Source: Alphaproteobacteria bacterium (lineage in GTDB: Bacteria > Pseudomonadota > Alphaproteobacteria > RF32 > CAG-239). From it: a DNA stretch of 36,496 nt. Below, in pieces: positions 19,703 to 28,790 of the stretch. The position numbers and the translations under genes are program-made. The notes beneath the pieces were generated by a model, which was not told the origin of the DNA, ran no database searches, and saw only the letters and a program-made list of their open reading frames with translations. Each line of letters opens with the position of its first letter. Positions within the stretch are counted from its first letter, which is position 1. The DNA lies in NCBI GenBank assembly GCA_017452885.1, contig JAFTLF010000025.1, positions 1 to 36,496 on the forward strand. Reading direction: 5' to 3'.

Positions 19703-20530
19703 ATGGACGAGTTGGAGCAATCATATCAGAAAATGGAAGAACATTTTTTGTCATCACGTTCATCGCGGTATGAAAATGACAAGCCTCAGTTAATTTTTGT
19801 TTTTTCTTCTCCAGGAGCCGGCAAAAGTAGTAATATTAAACCCATATTGAACTGGCAATTGCGACCGAAAACGATTGTTAATTTAGAAATTGATGAACTT
19901 AAGACATTTATTCCGTACGGTGCCAATATTGACAAAACCGCGAATGATTGGTTTTTGCGTCTTGTCGACCGAGCAATTGAACAACGTCGCAGTATTGTGA
20001 TTTTTCGCCAACGCAATATGCTTCAACTCAAACAGACTTTCAACATTTACAAAAAGGCTCAAAATGCGGGCTATTTGACACAGGCTACTTTTTTGGCATT
20101 GGACAAGGAGCGTAGTCGTTTGGGAATGATACATCGTTACGAATTTGCTTTAGACAATACTTTGGGTGGAAATGAAATTGATCGAGAAAATTATCCACGG
20201 AGGCCTAAATTTCTTAGTCATTATATTTTTTACAAAGCATTACCTGTGATGTTAAACGTCTGCTCTTTAAGTAAAACTGTTGATATTGTCAATGTTTATG
20301 ATAGAAACGTCGTGCGTTTGTCCTATGAGTATACAAAGACAGGACAAAGAAGCTCTTTATCAGCGTCACAAGCTTTGTGCCATGAGCGTAATCGCGTTTG
20401 GAGTCCAAATGAAATAAGTAGATTCAACCGTCGTCGTGATGAAGCCGAAACCAAAATGAAAGAACATGGACGCAGTTTTTTTGAAAAATTAAAATTTCAT
20501 TTTCTTACTGCTACGCCCAAAAACAAATAA
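19703..20530 (+). CDS. Zeta-toxin-like P-loop kinase
   Basis: PQLIFVFSSPGAGKSS Walker A, EIDELK, AQNAGY, RLGMIHRYE lid-like motif; AAGGAAGG RBS. Confidence 0.7.
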   Translation: MDELEQSYQKMEEHFLSSRSSRYENDKPQLIFVFSSPGAGKSSNIKPILNWQLRPKTIVNLEIDELKTFIPYGANIDKTANDWFLRLVDRAIEQRRSIVIFRQRNMLQLKQTFNIYKKAQNAGYLTQATFLALDKERSRLGMIHRYEFALDNTLGGNEIDRENYPRRPKFLSHYIFYKALPVMLNVCSLSKTVDIVNVYDRNVVRLSYEYTKTGQRSSLSASQALCHERNRVWSPNEISRFNRRRDEAETKMKEHGRSFFEKLKFHFLTATPKNK

Positions 20531-20546
20531 ATCAAAAATATTCTAA

Positions 20547-20575
20547 TTGACTCCGCTGAATCATTGTATTATCTT
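20547..20575 (+). promoter_or_regulatory. Sigma70-like promoter for the ileS leader
   Basis: TTGACT-17 nt-TATCTT, 30 nt before the leader ATG. Confidence 0.55.
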
Positions 20576-20605
20576 AAACAGCGAATTCATTATAAAGAGA
20601 AATTT

Positions 20606-20650
20606 ATGCGTAGTTTTTATATACATATCATATCACGTATTATCCCCTAG
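20606..20650 (+). CDS. Putative ileS leader peptide MRSFYIHIISRIIP
   Basis: ATG...TAG, 5 of 14 codons are Ile (ATA, ATC, ATA, ATT, ATC); weak AGAG SD; directly upstream of ileS. Confidence 0.75.
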   Translation: MRSFYIHIISRIIP

Positions 20651-20663
20651 GGGGATGTTTTTT
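20641..20663 (+). terminator. Attenuator-type intrinsic terminator in the ileS leader
   Basis: TATCCCC-TAG-GGGGATG followed by TTTTTT, lying between the promoter and ileS. Confidence 0.7.
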
Positions 20664-20727
20664 ATTGCTACACATATTCAACCAACCGTTTTTCATTTAA
20701 TTTAATCATATTTTAGGGTGTTTACGA

Positions 20728-23700
20728 ATGACTAAACATTATGCCGAAGTCAAGGCCAAACCAGACTTTGTTGAAGTCGAAAAAGAAGTCCTCAAGTTTT
20801 GGGAAGAAAACAAAACTTTTGAAAAATCTGTACATAATCGTGACGGTGCTGCCGAATTTGTTTTTTATGACGGACCTCCGTTTGCAAACGGTACTCCGCA
20901 CTATGGTCATATTATGGTGTCATACGTCAAGGATGTGGTTGCTCGCTATCAAACAATGAACGGCAAAAAAGTAGAGCGCCGTTTAGGGTGGGATTGCCAT
21001 GGCTTGCCGGCAGAAATGTCTGCTGAAAAACAACTGGGAGTATCCGGTCGTAAACAAATTGAAGAATACGGAGTCGAAAAGTTTAACGATTTTTGCCGCT
21101 CTGATGTTCTCAAATATTCCGGTATTTGGGTTGAAATGTTCAAACGTATCGGACGTTGGGTTGACTTTAACCACGATTACAAGACCATGGATTTGTCTTT
21201 TATGGAAAGCGTAATCTCCAACTTCAAACAGCTTTATGATAAAGGCTTGGTATATGAAGATTATCGTGTTTTACCATATTCTTGGGCTGCTGAAACACCG
21301 CTATCCAATTTTGAAGTCAATCAAGGTTATCAAGACAAAACAGATAACGCCATTACCGCGATGTTCAAGCTTGAAAACGGTATGAAGATTTTGGTTTGGA
21401 CAACTACTCCTTGGACCTTGCCTTCTAACCTTATGTTGGCAGTAGGTAATGATATTGATTATGTGATTATGGAAGAAGAAGGTCAGAAATATATTTTGGC
21501 TCGTGCGCTTCTTGGTCGCTATAAAAAACAGTTGGAAAAAGCTGTTGAAGTAGGTTCAATGAAAGGTTCTGACCTAGTTGGTATGAGCTATGAGCCGATG
21601 TTTCCCTACTTCAAACACCTGAAAGAGCAAGGATGCTTTAAGGTATTGTCAGGCGAGTTTGTTTCAACAGAAGACGGTACCGGTGTTGTTCATATTGCTC
21701 CTGGTTTTGGGCAAGATGACTTTGATGCTTGTCGCTCTTATAATGAGCATTTTCCGGTTGTTTGTCCGGTTGATGAAGCAGGCAAATTCACTGCCGAAGT
21801 ACCGGATTATCAAGGAAAACAAGTTTTTGAAACCAATGAACCCATTATGCAATGGCTCAAAGAAAACGGCTTACTTGTCAAAAAAGAGCAATATACCCAC
21901 TCTTATCCGTTCTGTTGGCGTACGGATACTCCGCTTATTTATAAAGCTATGTCAAGTTGGTTTGTTAAGGTTACCGATTTTCGTGATGACATGGTCAAAA
22001 ACAATCAACAAATTAATTGGGTTCCGGAACATATTAAAGACGGTCGTTTCGGCAAATGGTTGGAAGGTGCTCGTGATTGGTCAATTTCACGCAACCGTTT
22101 CTGGGGTACTCCGATTCCGGTCTGGAAGTCAGAAAATCCGGCATTTCCGCGCGTTGATGTGTTTGGTTCTGTTGCCGAAATCAAAGAGAAAACAGGTGTT
22201 GAGGTTAATAACCTGCACAAGCCTTATATTGATGATGTTGTTTATCCCAATCCGGATGATCCGTCAGGCAAGACGATGATGCGTCGTGTTGCCGATGTTT
22301 TCGATTGCTGGTTTGAATCTGGTTCAATGCCTTATGCGCAAGTTCATTATCCGTTTGACAATAAAGAATGGTTTGAAAACCACTTTCCGGCAGACTTTAT
22401 TGTTGAGGCAATGGATCAAACTCGCGGTTGGTTTTATACGTTGACAGTTTTGTCAACCGCATTGCATAATCGTCCGGCATTTAAGAATTGTATTTGTACC
22501 GGTTTGCTCATGGCCGAAGGCGGGCAAAAACTTTCCAAACGTCTTAAAAATTATCCGGATCCCAACAATGTATTGGATACCATGGGGTCGGACACTTTGC
22601 GTTGGTTTTTGGTTTCCTCACCGGTTTTGAAAGGTGGTAACTTGGCTGTCGATTTGGAAGGTAAAGAAATTGCCAAAGCCGCTCGTATCGCACAAATTCC
22701 GCTATGGAATGCTTTTTATTTCTTTACTCTTTATGCCAATGCCGAGGGGTATAAAGCCAAAGAAATAAGCAACTCAAGTGAGGCAATTGATAATTATATC
22801 TTGTCCAAACTCAAACATCTGCGTGATATTGTTAAACAGGGGCTTGATACTTATGATGTTGCTTTGTCATGTAATGAGATAGCCAAATTTATGGAAGTAT
22901 TGAATAACTGGTACATTCGTCGTACTCGTGATCGTTTCTGGGAAGGAGATGGACAAGCTTTTGATACTCTGTATACTGTTTTGGTTAATTTATGCAAGAT
23001 TATGGCTCCTTTAATGCCGTTTGTTTGTGAATACATTTTCAAAACATTAACCGATGAAGAATCTGTTCACTTGGTTGATTATCCTCAATTGGCGGAAATT
23101 AAGTCAGATGAGCGTCTGATGAATGAAATGGATTTTGTTCAAGATTTGTGTTCAGCGGCCAAGTTTATTCGCGAAGAGAAGAATTTGCGTAATCGCTTGC
23201 CTCTGAATAGTTTGACAGTTATCGGTGCTGAGTTTGAAAAATCTTATCAAGACATCGTCAAAGACGAATTAAACGTCAAAGAAGTACGTTTTGATAATAA
23301 TTTAAACAATTATGCAGAAAAGAAGATATATCTTTACACTCCGTTGTTAGGCAAGGCTCTTGGTAAGGATATGGGGCCGGTAATGGCTGCTTACAAACAA
23401 GGTGCATGGACTTTAAATACTGACGGAACATTGAATATTGGTGGTCAGACCCTCAAAAACGATTTATTTGAAGTTCGTCTAGAAATGAAAGACGGTGTGG
23501 CCGGTCGTTCGTTTGCCGATAATAAAGCGGTGGTAACTCTCGATACTGTTGTTACCGATGAACTTAAGCGAGAAGGTATGGCGCGTGATTTTGTGCGTTT
23601 AGTTCAAACACTGCGCAAAGACAAAGATTTCAATATTTCTGATCGTATAGAACTCAATTATGCAACTGCGGACAGCGAGTTGGCACAAGCTTTGGAAGAA

Positions 23701-23817
23701 AATAAAGATTACATCTCTGAGCAGGTTTTGGCTGTTAAATTTGCCAATGGCTGCACAGACGGAACCAAAGCTGATATTGAAGGCAGAGATATATGCTTTG
23801 ATGCTAAGGTAGCATAA
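20728..23817 (+). CDS. ileS: Isoleucine-tRNA ligase, type 2
   Basis: DGPPFANGTPHYGH, GWDCHGLP, WTTTPWTL, DWSISRNRFWGTPIP, KLSKR; 1029 aa with type-2 C-terminus (EGMARDFVRLVQ) and no C-terminal Zn finger. Confidence 0.96.
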   Translation: MTKHYAEVKAKPDFVEVEKEVLKFWEENKTFEKSVHNRDGAAEFVFYDGPPFANGTPHYGHIMVSYVKDVVARYQTMNGKKVERRLGWDCHGLPAEMSAEKQLGVSGRKQIEEYGVEKFNDFCRSDVLKYSGIWVEMFKRIGRWVDFNHDYKTMDLSFMESVISNFKQLYDKGLVYEDYRVLPYSWAAETPLSNFEVNQGYQDKTDNAITAMFKLENGMKILVWTTTPWTLPSNLMLAVGNDIDYVIMEEEGQKYILARALLGRYKKQLEKAVEVGSMKGSDLVGMSYEPMFPYFKHLKEQGCFKVLSGEFVSTEDGTGVVHIAPGFGQDDFDACRSYNEHFPVVCPVDEAGKFTAEVPDYQGKQVFETNEPIMQWLKENGLLVKKEQYTHSYPFCWRTDTPLIYKAMSSWFVKVTDFRDDMVKNNQQINWVPEHIKDGRFGKWLEGARDWSISRNRFWGTPIPVWKSENPAFPRVDVFGSVAEIKEKTGVEVNNLHKPYIDDVVYPNPDDPSGKTMMRRVADVFDCWFESGSMPYAQVHYPFDNKEWFENHFPADFIVEAMDQTRGWFYTLTVLSTALHNRPAFKNCICTGLLMAEGGQKLSKRLKNYPDPNNVLDTMGSDTLRWFLVSSPVLKGGNLAVDLEGKEIAKAARIAQIPLWNAFYFFTLYANAEGYKAKEISNSSEAIDNYILSKLKHLRDIVKQGLDTYDVALSCNEIAKFMEVLNNWYIRRTRDRFWEGDGQAFDTLYTVLVNLCKIMAPLMPFVCEYIFKTLTDEESVHLVDYPQLAEIKSDERLMNEMDFVQDLCSAAKFIREEKNLRNRLPLNSLTVIGAEFEKSYQDIVKDELNVKEVRFDNNLNNYAEKKIYLYTPLLGKALGKDMGPVMAAYKQGAWTLNTDGTLNIGGQTLKNDLFEVRLEMKDGVAGRSFADNKAVVTLDTVVTDELKREGMARDFVRLVQTLRKDKDFNISDRIELNYATADSELAQALEENKDYISEQVLAVKFANGCTDGTKADIEGRDICFDAKVA

Positions 23818-23841
23818 AAGCAATCATACCTCAGCAAAACG

Positions 23842-23876
23842 AATCCCCATATTTATCCGAATATGGGGATTTTTTT
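23842..23876 (+). terminator. ileS terminator
   Basis: AATCCCCATATT-TATCCG-AATATGGGGATT plus T run. Confidence 0.88.
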
Positions 23877-23970
23877 GTAGTGAAATATTAATAAGTTAGT
23901 GATAAAATCAAAACATAATTAAGAAAATTAGCCAATTTAAAGAAAAAGTACAAAAAATTGACAAAAAGTA

Positions 23971-23999
23971 TTGCGCGGTGCTAAAAATTATGCTATATT
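23971..23999 (+). promoter_or_regulatory. Sigma70-like promoter of the 932-aa gene
   Basis: TTGCGC-17 nt-TATATT with extended -10 TGn and an A-rich upstream region. Confidence 0.5.
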
Positions 24000-24050
24000 A
24001 CCGGCAATTGAGAATTTTATAACTGTTTAATTCAGTCATTAGCAGAGGGT

Positions 24051-26849
24051 ATGAATATGGAACTTCAAGACGCTGTCAAAATTGTAAAAGCTGGAAATCT
24101 GGAATCTCGAGGCCTTTTTGAGCTGTGGGAGGTTGAGCAAGTTTTGCGTGATTCTGGTGATACCGAAAACTTAGCACTTTTTCAAAAAGAATTTTCTCCT
24201 CAAGAGATGAAAGAGGCAGATGCTATTGTCAAACCGCAAGTTGAACAGCGTCAAATGGAACTCATCGCCATCAAAGAAGCTTATACCGAAGATGAAGATT
24301 TCAAAAAAGGTATGGACAATTTTTGGAATGGAATTGAAATTGTTAATGATAAAGACGGTGATGAAGTAAAAGCAGAAGAGTTGCGCCGTCAGATAGAAGA
24401 AATCTCAGCCCAAGAAGCAGAAAAAGAAATCCTTGAAGGTAAATATAAGCCGGAAGATTATAATAAACTTCTGCAAAGTATTACGCAAGCTAACTGTATT
24501 CAACTTGTTGCTGTTTCTTCTGTATCCGAGATGCTTGCTAATGGCAAGAAGTTGAGTGGTGCAGCAGCAAAAGCCAAGGCCGGCAAAATCTTTTCCTCGT
24601 TATTTTCTGCCGAAAGAAAAGAAAAAATACAGATTAGTGGTAAATCTGCAATCGGTTTTATGGCCTCCAAAATGAATTCTTTGAGCAAGTTTGCTAAACG
24701 TTTGGCTGATCATACCGGATTAACTGCGTTTGCCAAGCAAGTTAAAAAAGTCGATGATAAGTTGACAAAAGCTTATCCCAAAACCTATCCGTTTGCTAAA
24801 AATCTTGCCAAAACTGGCGCTATCTCGTTTTTGTTCGGTGGTGTAGGCATTGCCGTATACAGTACTTATCGTTTGGGGCAAACGGTTAACCAGCAGCGTG
24901 AAGCCGCCCAAAAAGAGAAAAAAAGTTATTGGGAATATCTCAAAACCAATAAAGAACAGTTAGTTGTTCTTGGAGCAGGCGTAGTATCCAGTGCTGTTTC
25001 CCTCGCTGGTATGAGTCTTGACAACATGGGGTTAACCTCTCAACTTTTGGATGCCAATGCCGCCAAAGATGTAGCAGATGCAAGTGTTGCAACAGCAACT
25101 TCATCCGGTTTTTCATGGAGCGGAGCTTGGGAAGGAATCAAAAATAACTTTACCAACAGCAAATATTTATTGCGTACCGGCGCTGCCACAGCAGCATCAA
25201 TTGCAATCGCCTCTAAAGAATATTCCAAACTTTATGGGCTGAATCCTGAAAGTCAGGAATATAAGCTTCAACGTAGTAAAGCTCGTAAAGTACTGGCAGG
25301 AAGCGCTTTAGGTACACTTATTGGTTTAACAATCTCCGGAGCTGTTGGCGGAATGCATGGTGCCGAAGCCGATGTTGCTTCAGCAAATGATACGGATACT
25401 TCAGTAAAAAATAATTCTGGCAATATTAATAATGCTCTTTCCGGTGATAAGCAGTCAGCTTGGGATTGGAATAAAGGCGCAAAACCTTGGTTTAATAATT
25501 CTTTTTTGAATCAAAATGGTGTGGAATCAGCACCTGATAACTATGTTGAATTGCAACAAAATGAAACATTGATCGACAACGGTGTTGGAGATAAGTCAAC
25601 ACCAGAAGAAATAGTTGCAAATGATACCACCACCTATCTGTTTCCTAGTGAATATAATTCGGAAATGGGTATTACTCGTGCTCAATATAATTTATTGCAA
25701 CACCTCTACAAAACTGATGATTTAGACAGAATGTATCTTAATTTGTCCCAAGAAGGTGTAATGAATAATTTTGAGGGAATGACAAAAGAAGAGGTTTTGT
25801 TTAAGTATCAACGTTTAGATGCTTATACTGATCGTGTAGATTCTAATGGTAATTCCATTCAAGGAGCGATTCGTTACCATTATGAAGAAGAGATGACGGC
25901 AATCAATAAATTGTTGAATTGTGGTGATCAGCCTACGGCTGAGCAGTACGCGGCTATCAAGAAAGCGTTGGCCGTTATTGACGATCGCGGAGGTTATCAT
26001 GGACCGGGGTATGTTCCGACATCTTCTGTTATGATTAGTGCAGATGCAGGAGATAATTGTGCCGAAGGTCATGTCAATCACTGGAAACTTGGTTCCAGAA
26101 TTGTTGAAACAGAAAAAGTTGTTGAAAATGATGAAATAGTAAGAAGAGAAGTTTCTTCAATGGAACCTGTTGTCACTTACGAAAATTTACAATACGAAGC
26201 AACTTTTACTCCGACAGAATACCAACCGGAAACTGAAACAACAACCAAACTGGTTTATCATACACACGGAAAAGATGATATTATGGTTGGTCAAAACGGT
26301 ATAACAAGTATGCATATTGAACGTGATGGAGAGGTTGTTAACGTTAATAGCGAGAGTGAATTGCAAAAAGGCGATAAGCTTGTTATTAAATATGCTGATG
26401 GCGAGGAAAAAGTTTCTGCTAAAAAATATGCTGGATTTGAATCAACCAAAACTGAAGTTGAATATTCGCCATATAATGAAGACCAAATAAATGCTGAGGC
26501 TAAAGAGTTAGGCGTTAAACCTAATGAGCTAACCAAAGTAGATGGCGATTATATTAAAGTAACAGAAAACGGGGTTGTTCGTATTGATGTTGATGCAAAT
26601 ACCGGCAAAGCCACCGTTACCTTGACAGACTTTGATGGTAAACCGATGAATGCTCCGACAGATGTTCAACAGAATGTTGTAAACGCTACAGTAGAAGAAT
26701 TAAATCAGATCAACAAAGACAAAGAAGTTGTTACATACCAGGATGTCTCTAAAGCTAATAAAACCGGTAGCACAGAAAAAAGCGCAACTTCAGAAGTGGA
26801 TACTGTAAGCATGGTAAGACAAAGACTTATCAATCAGGGCAAAATTTAA
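24051..26849 (+). CDS. Large hypothetical protein with central hydrophobic helices
   Basis: 932 aa uninterrupted ORF, GAGG RBS, own promoter and terminator; no family recognised. Confidence 0.8.
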   Translation: MNMELQDAVKIVKAGNLESRGLFELWEVEQVLRDSGDTENLALFQKEFSPQEMKEADAIVKPQVEQRQMELIAIKEAYTEDEDFKKGMDNFWNGIEIVNDKDGDEVKAEELRRQIEEISAQEAEKEILEGKYKPEDYNKLLQSITQANCIQLVAVSSVSEMLANGKKLSGAAAKAKAGKIFSSLFSAERKEKIQISGKSAIGFMASKMNSLSKFAKRLADHTGLTAFAKQVKKVDDKLTKAYPKTYPFAKNLAKTGAISFLFGGVGIAVYSTYRLGQTVNQQREAAQKEKKSYWEYLKTNKEQLVVLGAGVVSSAVSLAGMSLDNMGLTSQLLDANAAKDVADASVATATSSGFSWSGAWEGIKNNFTNSKYLLRTGAATAASIAIASKEYSKLYGLNPESQEYKLQRSKARKVLAGSALGTLIGLTISGAVGGMHGAEADVASANDTDTSVKNNSGNINNALSGDKQSAWDWNKGAKPWFNNSFLNQNGVESAPDNYVELQQNETLIDNGVGDKSTPEEIVANDTTTYLFPSEYNSEMGITRAQYNLLQHLYKTDDLDRMYLNLSQEGVMNNFEGMTKEEVLFKYQRLDAYTDRVDSNGNSIQGAIRYHYEEEMTAINKLLNCGDQPTAEQYAAIKKALAVIDDRGGYHGPGYVPTSSVMISADAGDNCAEGHVNHWKLGSRIVETEKVVENDEIVRREVSSMEPVVTYENLQYEATFTPTEYQPETETTTKLVYHTHGKDDIMVGQNGITSMHIERDGEVVNVNSESELQKGDKLVIKYADGEEKVSAKKYAGFESTKTEVEYSPYNEDQINAEAKELGVKPNELTKVDGDYIKVTENGVVRIDVDANTGKATVTLTDFDGKPMNAPTDVQQNVVNATVEELNQINKDKEVVTYQDVSKANKTGSTEKSATSEVDTVSMVRQRLINQGKI

Positions 26850-26864
26850 TCCTGTACAATTGAT

Positions 26865-26900
26865 AAATACACCTCCGTCAGTCAGCGGAGGTGTATTTTT
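26865..26900. terminator. Bidirectional terminator between the 932-aa gene and alr
   Basis: AAATACACCTCCG-8 nt-CGGAGGTGTATTT perfect 13-bp stem between convergent genes. Confidence 0.88.
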
Positions 26901-27993
26901 AGTCTTCAATATATTTACGGATATAACGAGTATTTTTGCCAACTCGCGACATAATTTCATACGATATTGTGCCGGCATCTCTTCCCATATCGTCCAATGT
27001 ATAAAAATCATCGGCAATAAAAGCCATGTCACCTGCTTCCAACCCATCAACATTTGTTACGTCACAAATCATATTATCCATAGACATTCGCCCGATAACA
27101 CGTCCTTCTTGCAATTTGCCTCTGGCCTGAAAATATACTTTTCCGATGTTTGAGAGCGAGCGTGGAATGCCATCGCCATATCCGATAGAAATAATTGCAA
27201 TCTTGCGATCGGAAGAAGCACGATACGTTGCTGAATAACCGACAAACTCACCTTTAGGCAAATCAGCTATTTCAAGTACCGGAGCTTTTATTTTGACCAC
27301 GTTTTTCATCTGATTTTTGCGATACGGTGCTGTATTAATGCCATACATTGCGGCACCGAGACGTACCATATCGCATTGAAAATGTTCACCCAGAAAAACT
27401 CCGTCGGAGGCAGATAATGACCCCGGAATATCCGGAAAATAAAGATTTTTCAACGCATCAAAATTTTCCAACTGATGATGATTCATAAAATGTTCTTTTT
27501 CGTCACCACAAGCCAAATGTGACATAACAAGTTGAAACTCTTTGAGGTCTTCATCACTAAGTTTTGCCAAATCCCTTTCGCGAAAACCCAAGCGATTAAG
27601 ACCTGTTTCAATTTGAATTGCCGGTTTGCGATTGTCCGGTCGAAAAGACTTCCAGTATTCAAACATTTCAGGTGAGCTTATAACCGGAATCATTTGTTTG
27701 CATCTTTCAAAGTGTTCCTTGCTGTCTTCGCCGAATCCTTGCAAAACAAAAATTTTTGCTTGTGGCAATCTGTCAACCAAACGTTCACCTTCAACTGCAT
27801 GTGCCACAAAAAAATTGCGACATCCTGCTTTTTCATAAAGCATCGGAGCAACAACCGCGGCTCCGAGACCATAAGAATCATCTTTAACAACGGCTGCCGG
27901 TATCGAATGTGCTGCAACCGATTTCAAAAGATTATAATTATCCAAAATGTTCTTAAGATTTATTTCCAAAATCGGTCTTGTCAAAATACTCAT
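26899..27993 (-). CDS. alr: Alanine racemase
   Basis: AVVKDDSYGLG (PLP Lys), TGLNRLG, MSHLAC, VGYSATY (catalytic Tyr), GYGDG, GRMSMD, GTISYE. Confidence 0.93.
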   Translation of the reverse strand: MSILTRPILEINLKNILDNYNLLKSVAAHSIPAAVVKDDSYGLGAAVVAPMLYEKAGCRNFFVAHAVEGERLVDRLPQAKIFVLQGFGEDSKEHFERCKQMIPVISSPEMFEYWKSFRPDNRKPAIQIETGLNRLGFRERDLAKLSDEDLKEFQLVMSHLACGDEKEHFMNHHQLENFDALKNLYFPDIPGSLSASDGVFLGEHFQCDMVRLGAAMYGINTAPYRKNQMKNVVKIKAPVLEIADLPKGEFVGYSATYRASSDRKIAIISIGYGDGIPRSLSNIGKVYFQARGKLQEGRVIGRMSMDNMICDVTNVDGLEAGDMAFIADDFYTLDDMGRDAGTISYEIMSRVGKNTRYIRKYIED

Positions 27994-28040
27994 AATTTTT
28001 TACTATCCTGATATTAAATCCTGTAAGAGGTTACTTTTTT

Positions 28041-28790
28041 ATGCAGTTTATGGATAGTCACATACATTTGCAAGATTTTAAAACAAAAAATGCAACGGAT
28101 ATTATTAAAAATGCCCTAATTATCGGCGTGAATAAGCTTGTTTGTGTTTCTGCGCTTGAAAGTGATTGGCCAAAAGTTGCATTATTGTCTGAACAGTTTC
28201 CCAATATTGTAATCCCTGCTTTTGGGATACATCCGTGGTATGCCGATAAAGTACAACCGGAATGGAATCTGCGAATGGCGGCATATTTGCAAAAATATCC
28301 ACACGCATTAGTTGGTGAAGTTGGATTAGATAGGTTTCATGATAAGAACTTTGAACCGCAAAATAGCATATTCAAAACACAAATTGACTTGGCAAAACAA
28401 TATAATCGCCCGTTAATTATACACGCTGTACGTTCACATGGTTGGTTGGATAAATATTGGTCTGTTTTGCCTCAAAAATTTGTAGTTCACTCTTTTAATG
28501 GTCGCCGAGAACTACTCAATAAAATTATTGCTGCTGGTGGATATGTTTCTTTATCTTCATCAATTCTTAAAAATCCACACAAAGAAGATATTGTGCAACT
28601 AATACCACCGGAGCGTTTATTGTTGGAAACTGACAGCCCTTCACAAAGTATATATCAAAATAAAGAGGGAAATCCGGTAGAATTGCCTGTGTTGGCGGCA
28701 GAGATTGCCGCTTTGCAAAACAAAGATGTCGGTAGCATTATTGCACAAATTTACCAAAATTCATTGGAGTTTATAAATGTCAAAAAATAG
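28041..28790 (+). CDS. TatD family nuclease
   Basis: DSHIHL, GIHPW, GEVGLD, HSF, LETDSP. Confidence 0.92.
   Translation: MQFMDSHIHLQDFKTKNATDIIKNALIIGVNKLVCVSALESDWPKVALLSEQFPNIVIPAFGIHPWYADKVQPEWNLRMAAYLQKYPHALVGEVGLDRFHDKNFEPQNSIFKTQIDLAKQYNRPLIIHAVRSHGWLDKYWSVLPQKFVVHSFNGRRELLNKIIAAGGYVSLSSSILKNPHKEDIVQLIPPERLLLETDSPSQSIYQNKEGNPVELPVLAAEIAALQNKDVGSIIAQIYQNSLEFINVKK

Noticed and set aside
20531-20727. T-box riboswitch upstream of ileS
   Set aside because: No T-box consensus (AAnnnGGGTGGnACC) before the terminator, and the leader is too short and AT-rich.
21659-22279. 206-aa same-strand alternative-frame ORF inside ileS
   Set aside because: Fully nested in a conserved gene, with no RBS or recognisable motif; ileS is intact, so no frameshift is needed.
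20642-23870. ATCCCC/GGGGAT present in both hairpins flanking ileS, as possible mobile-element ends
   Set aside because: Only 6 bp shared, each copy is explained as a terminator stem, and there is no transposase or target duplication.
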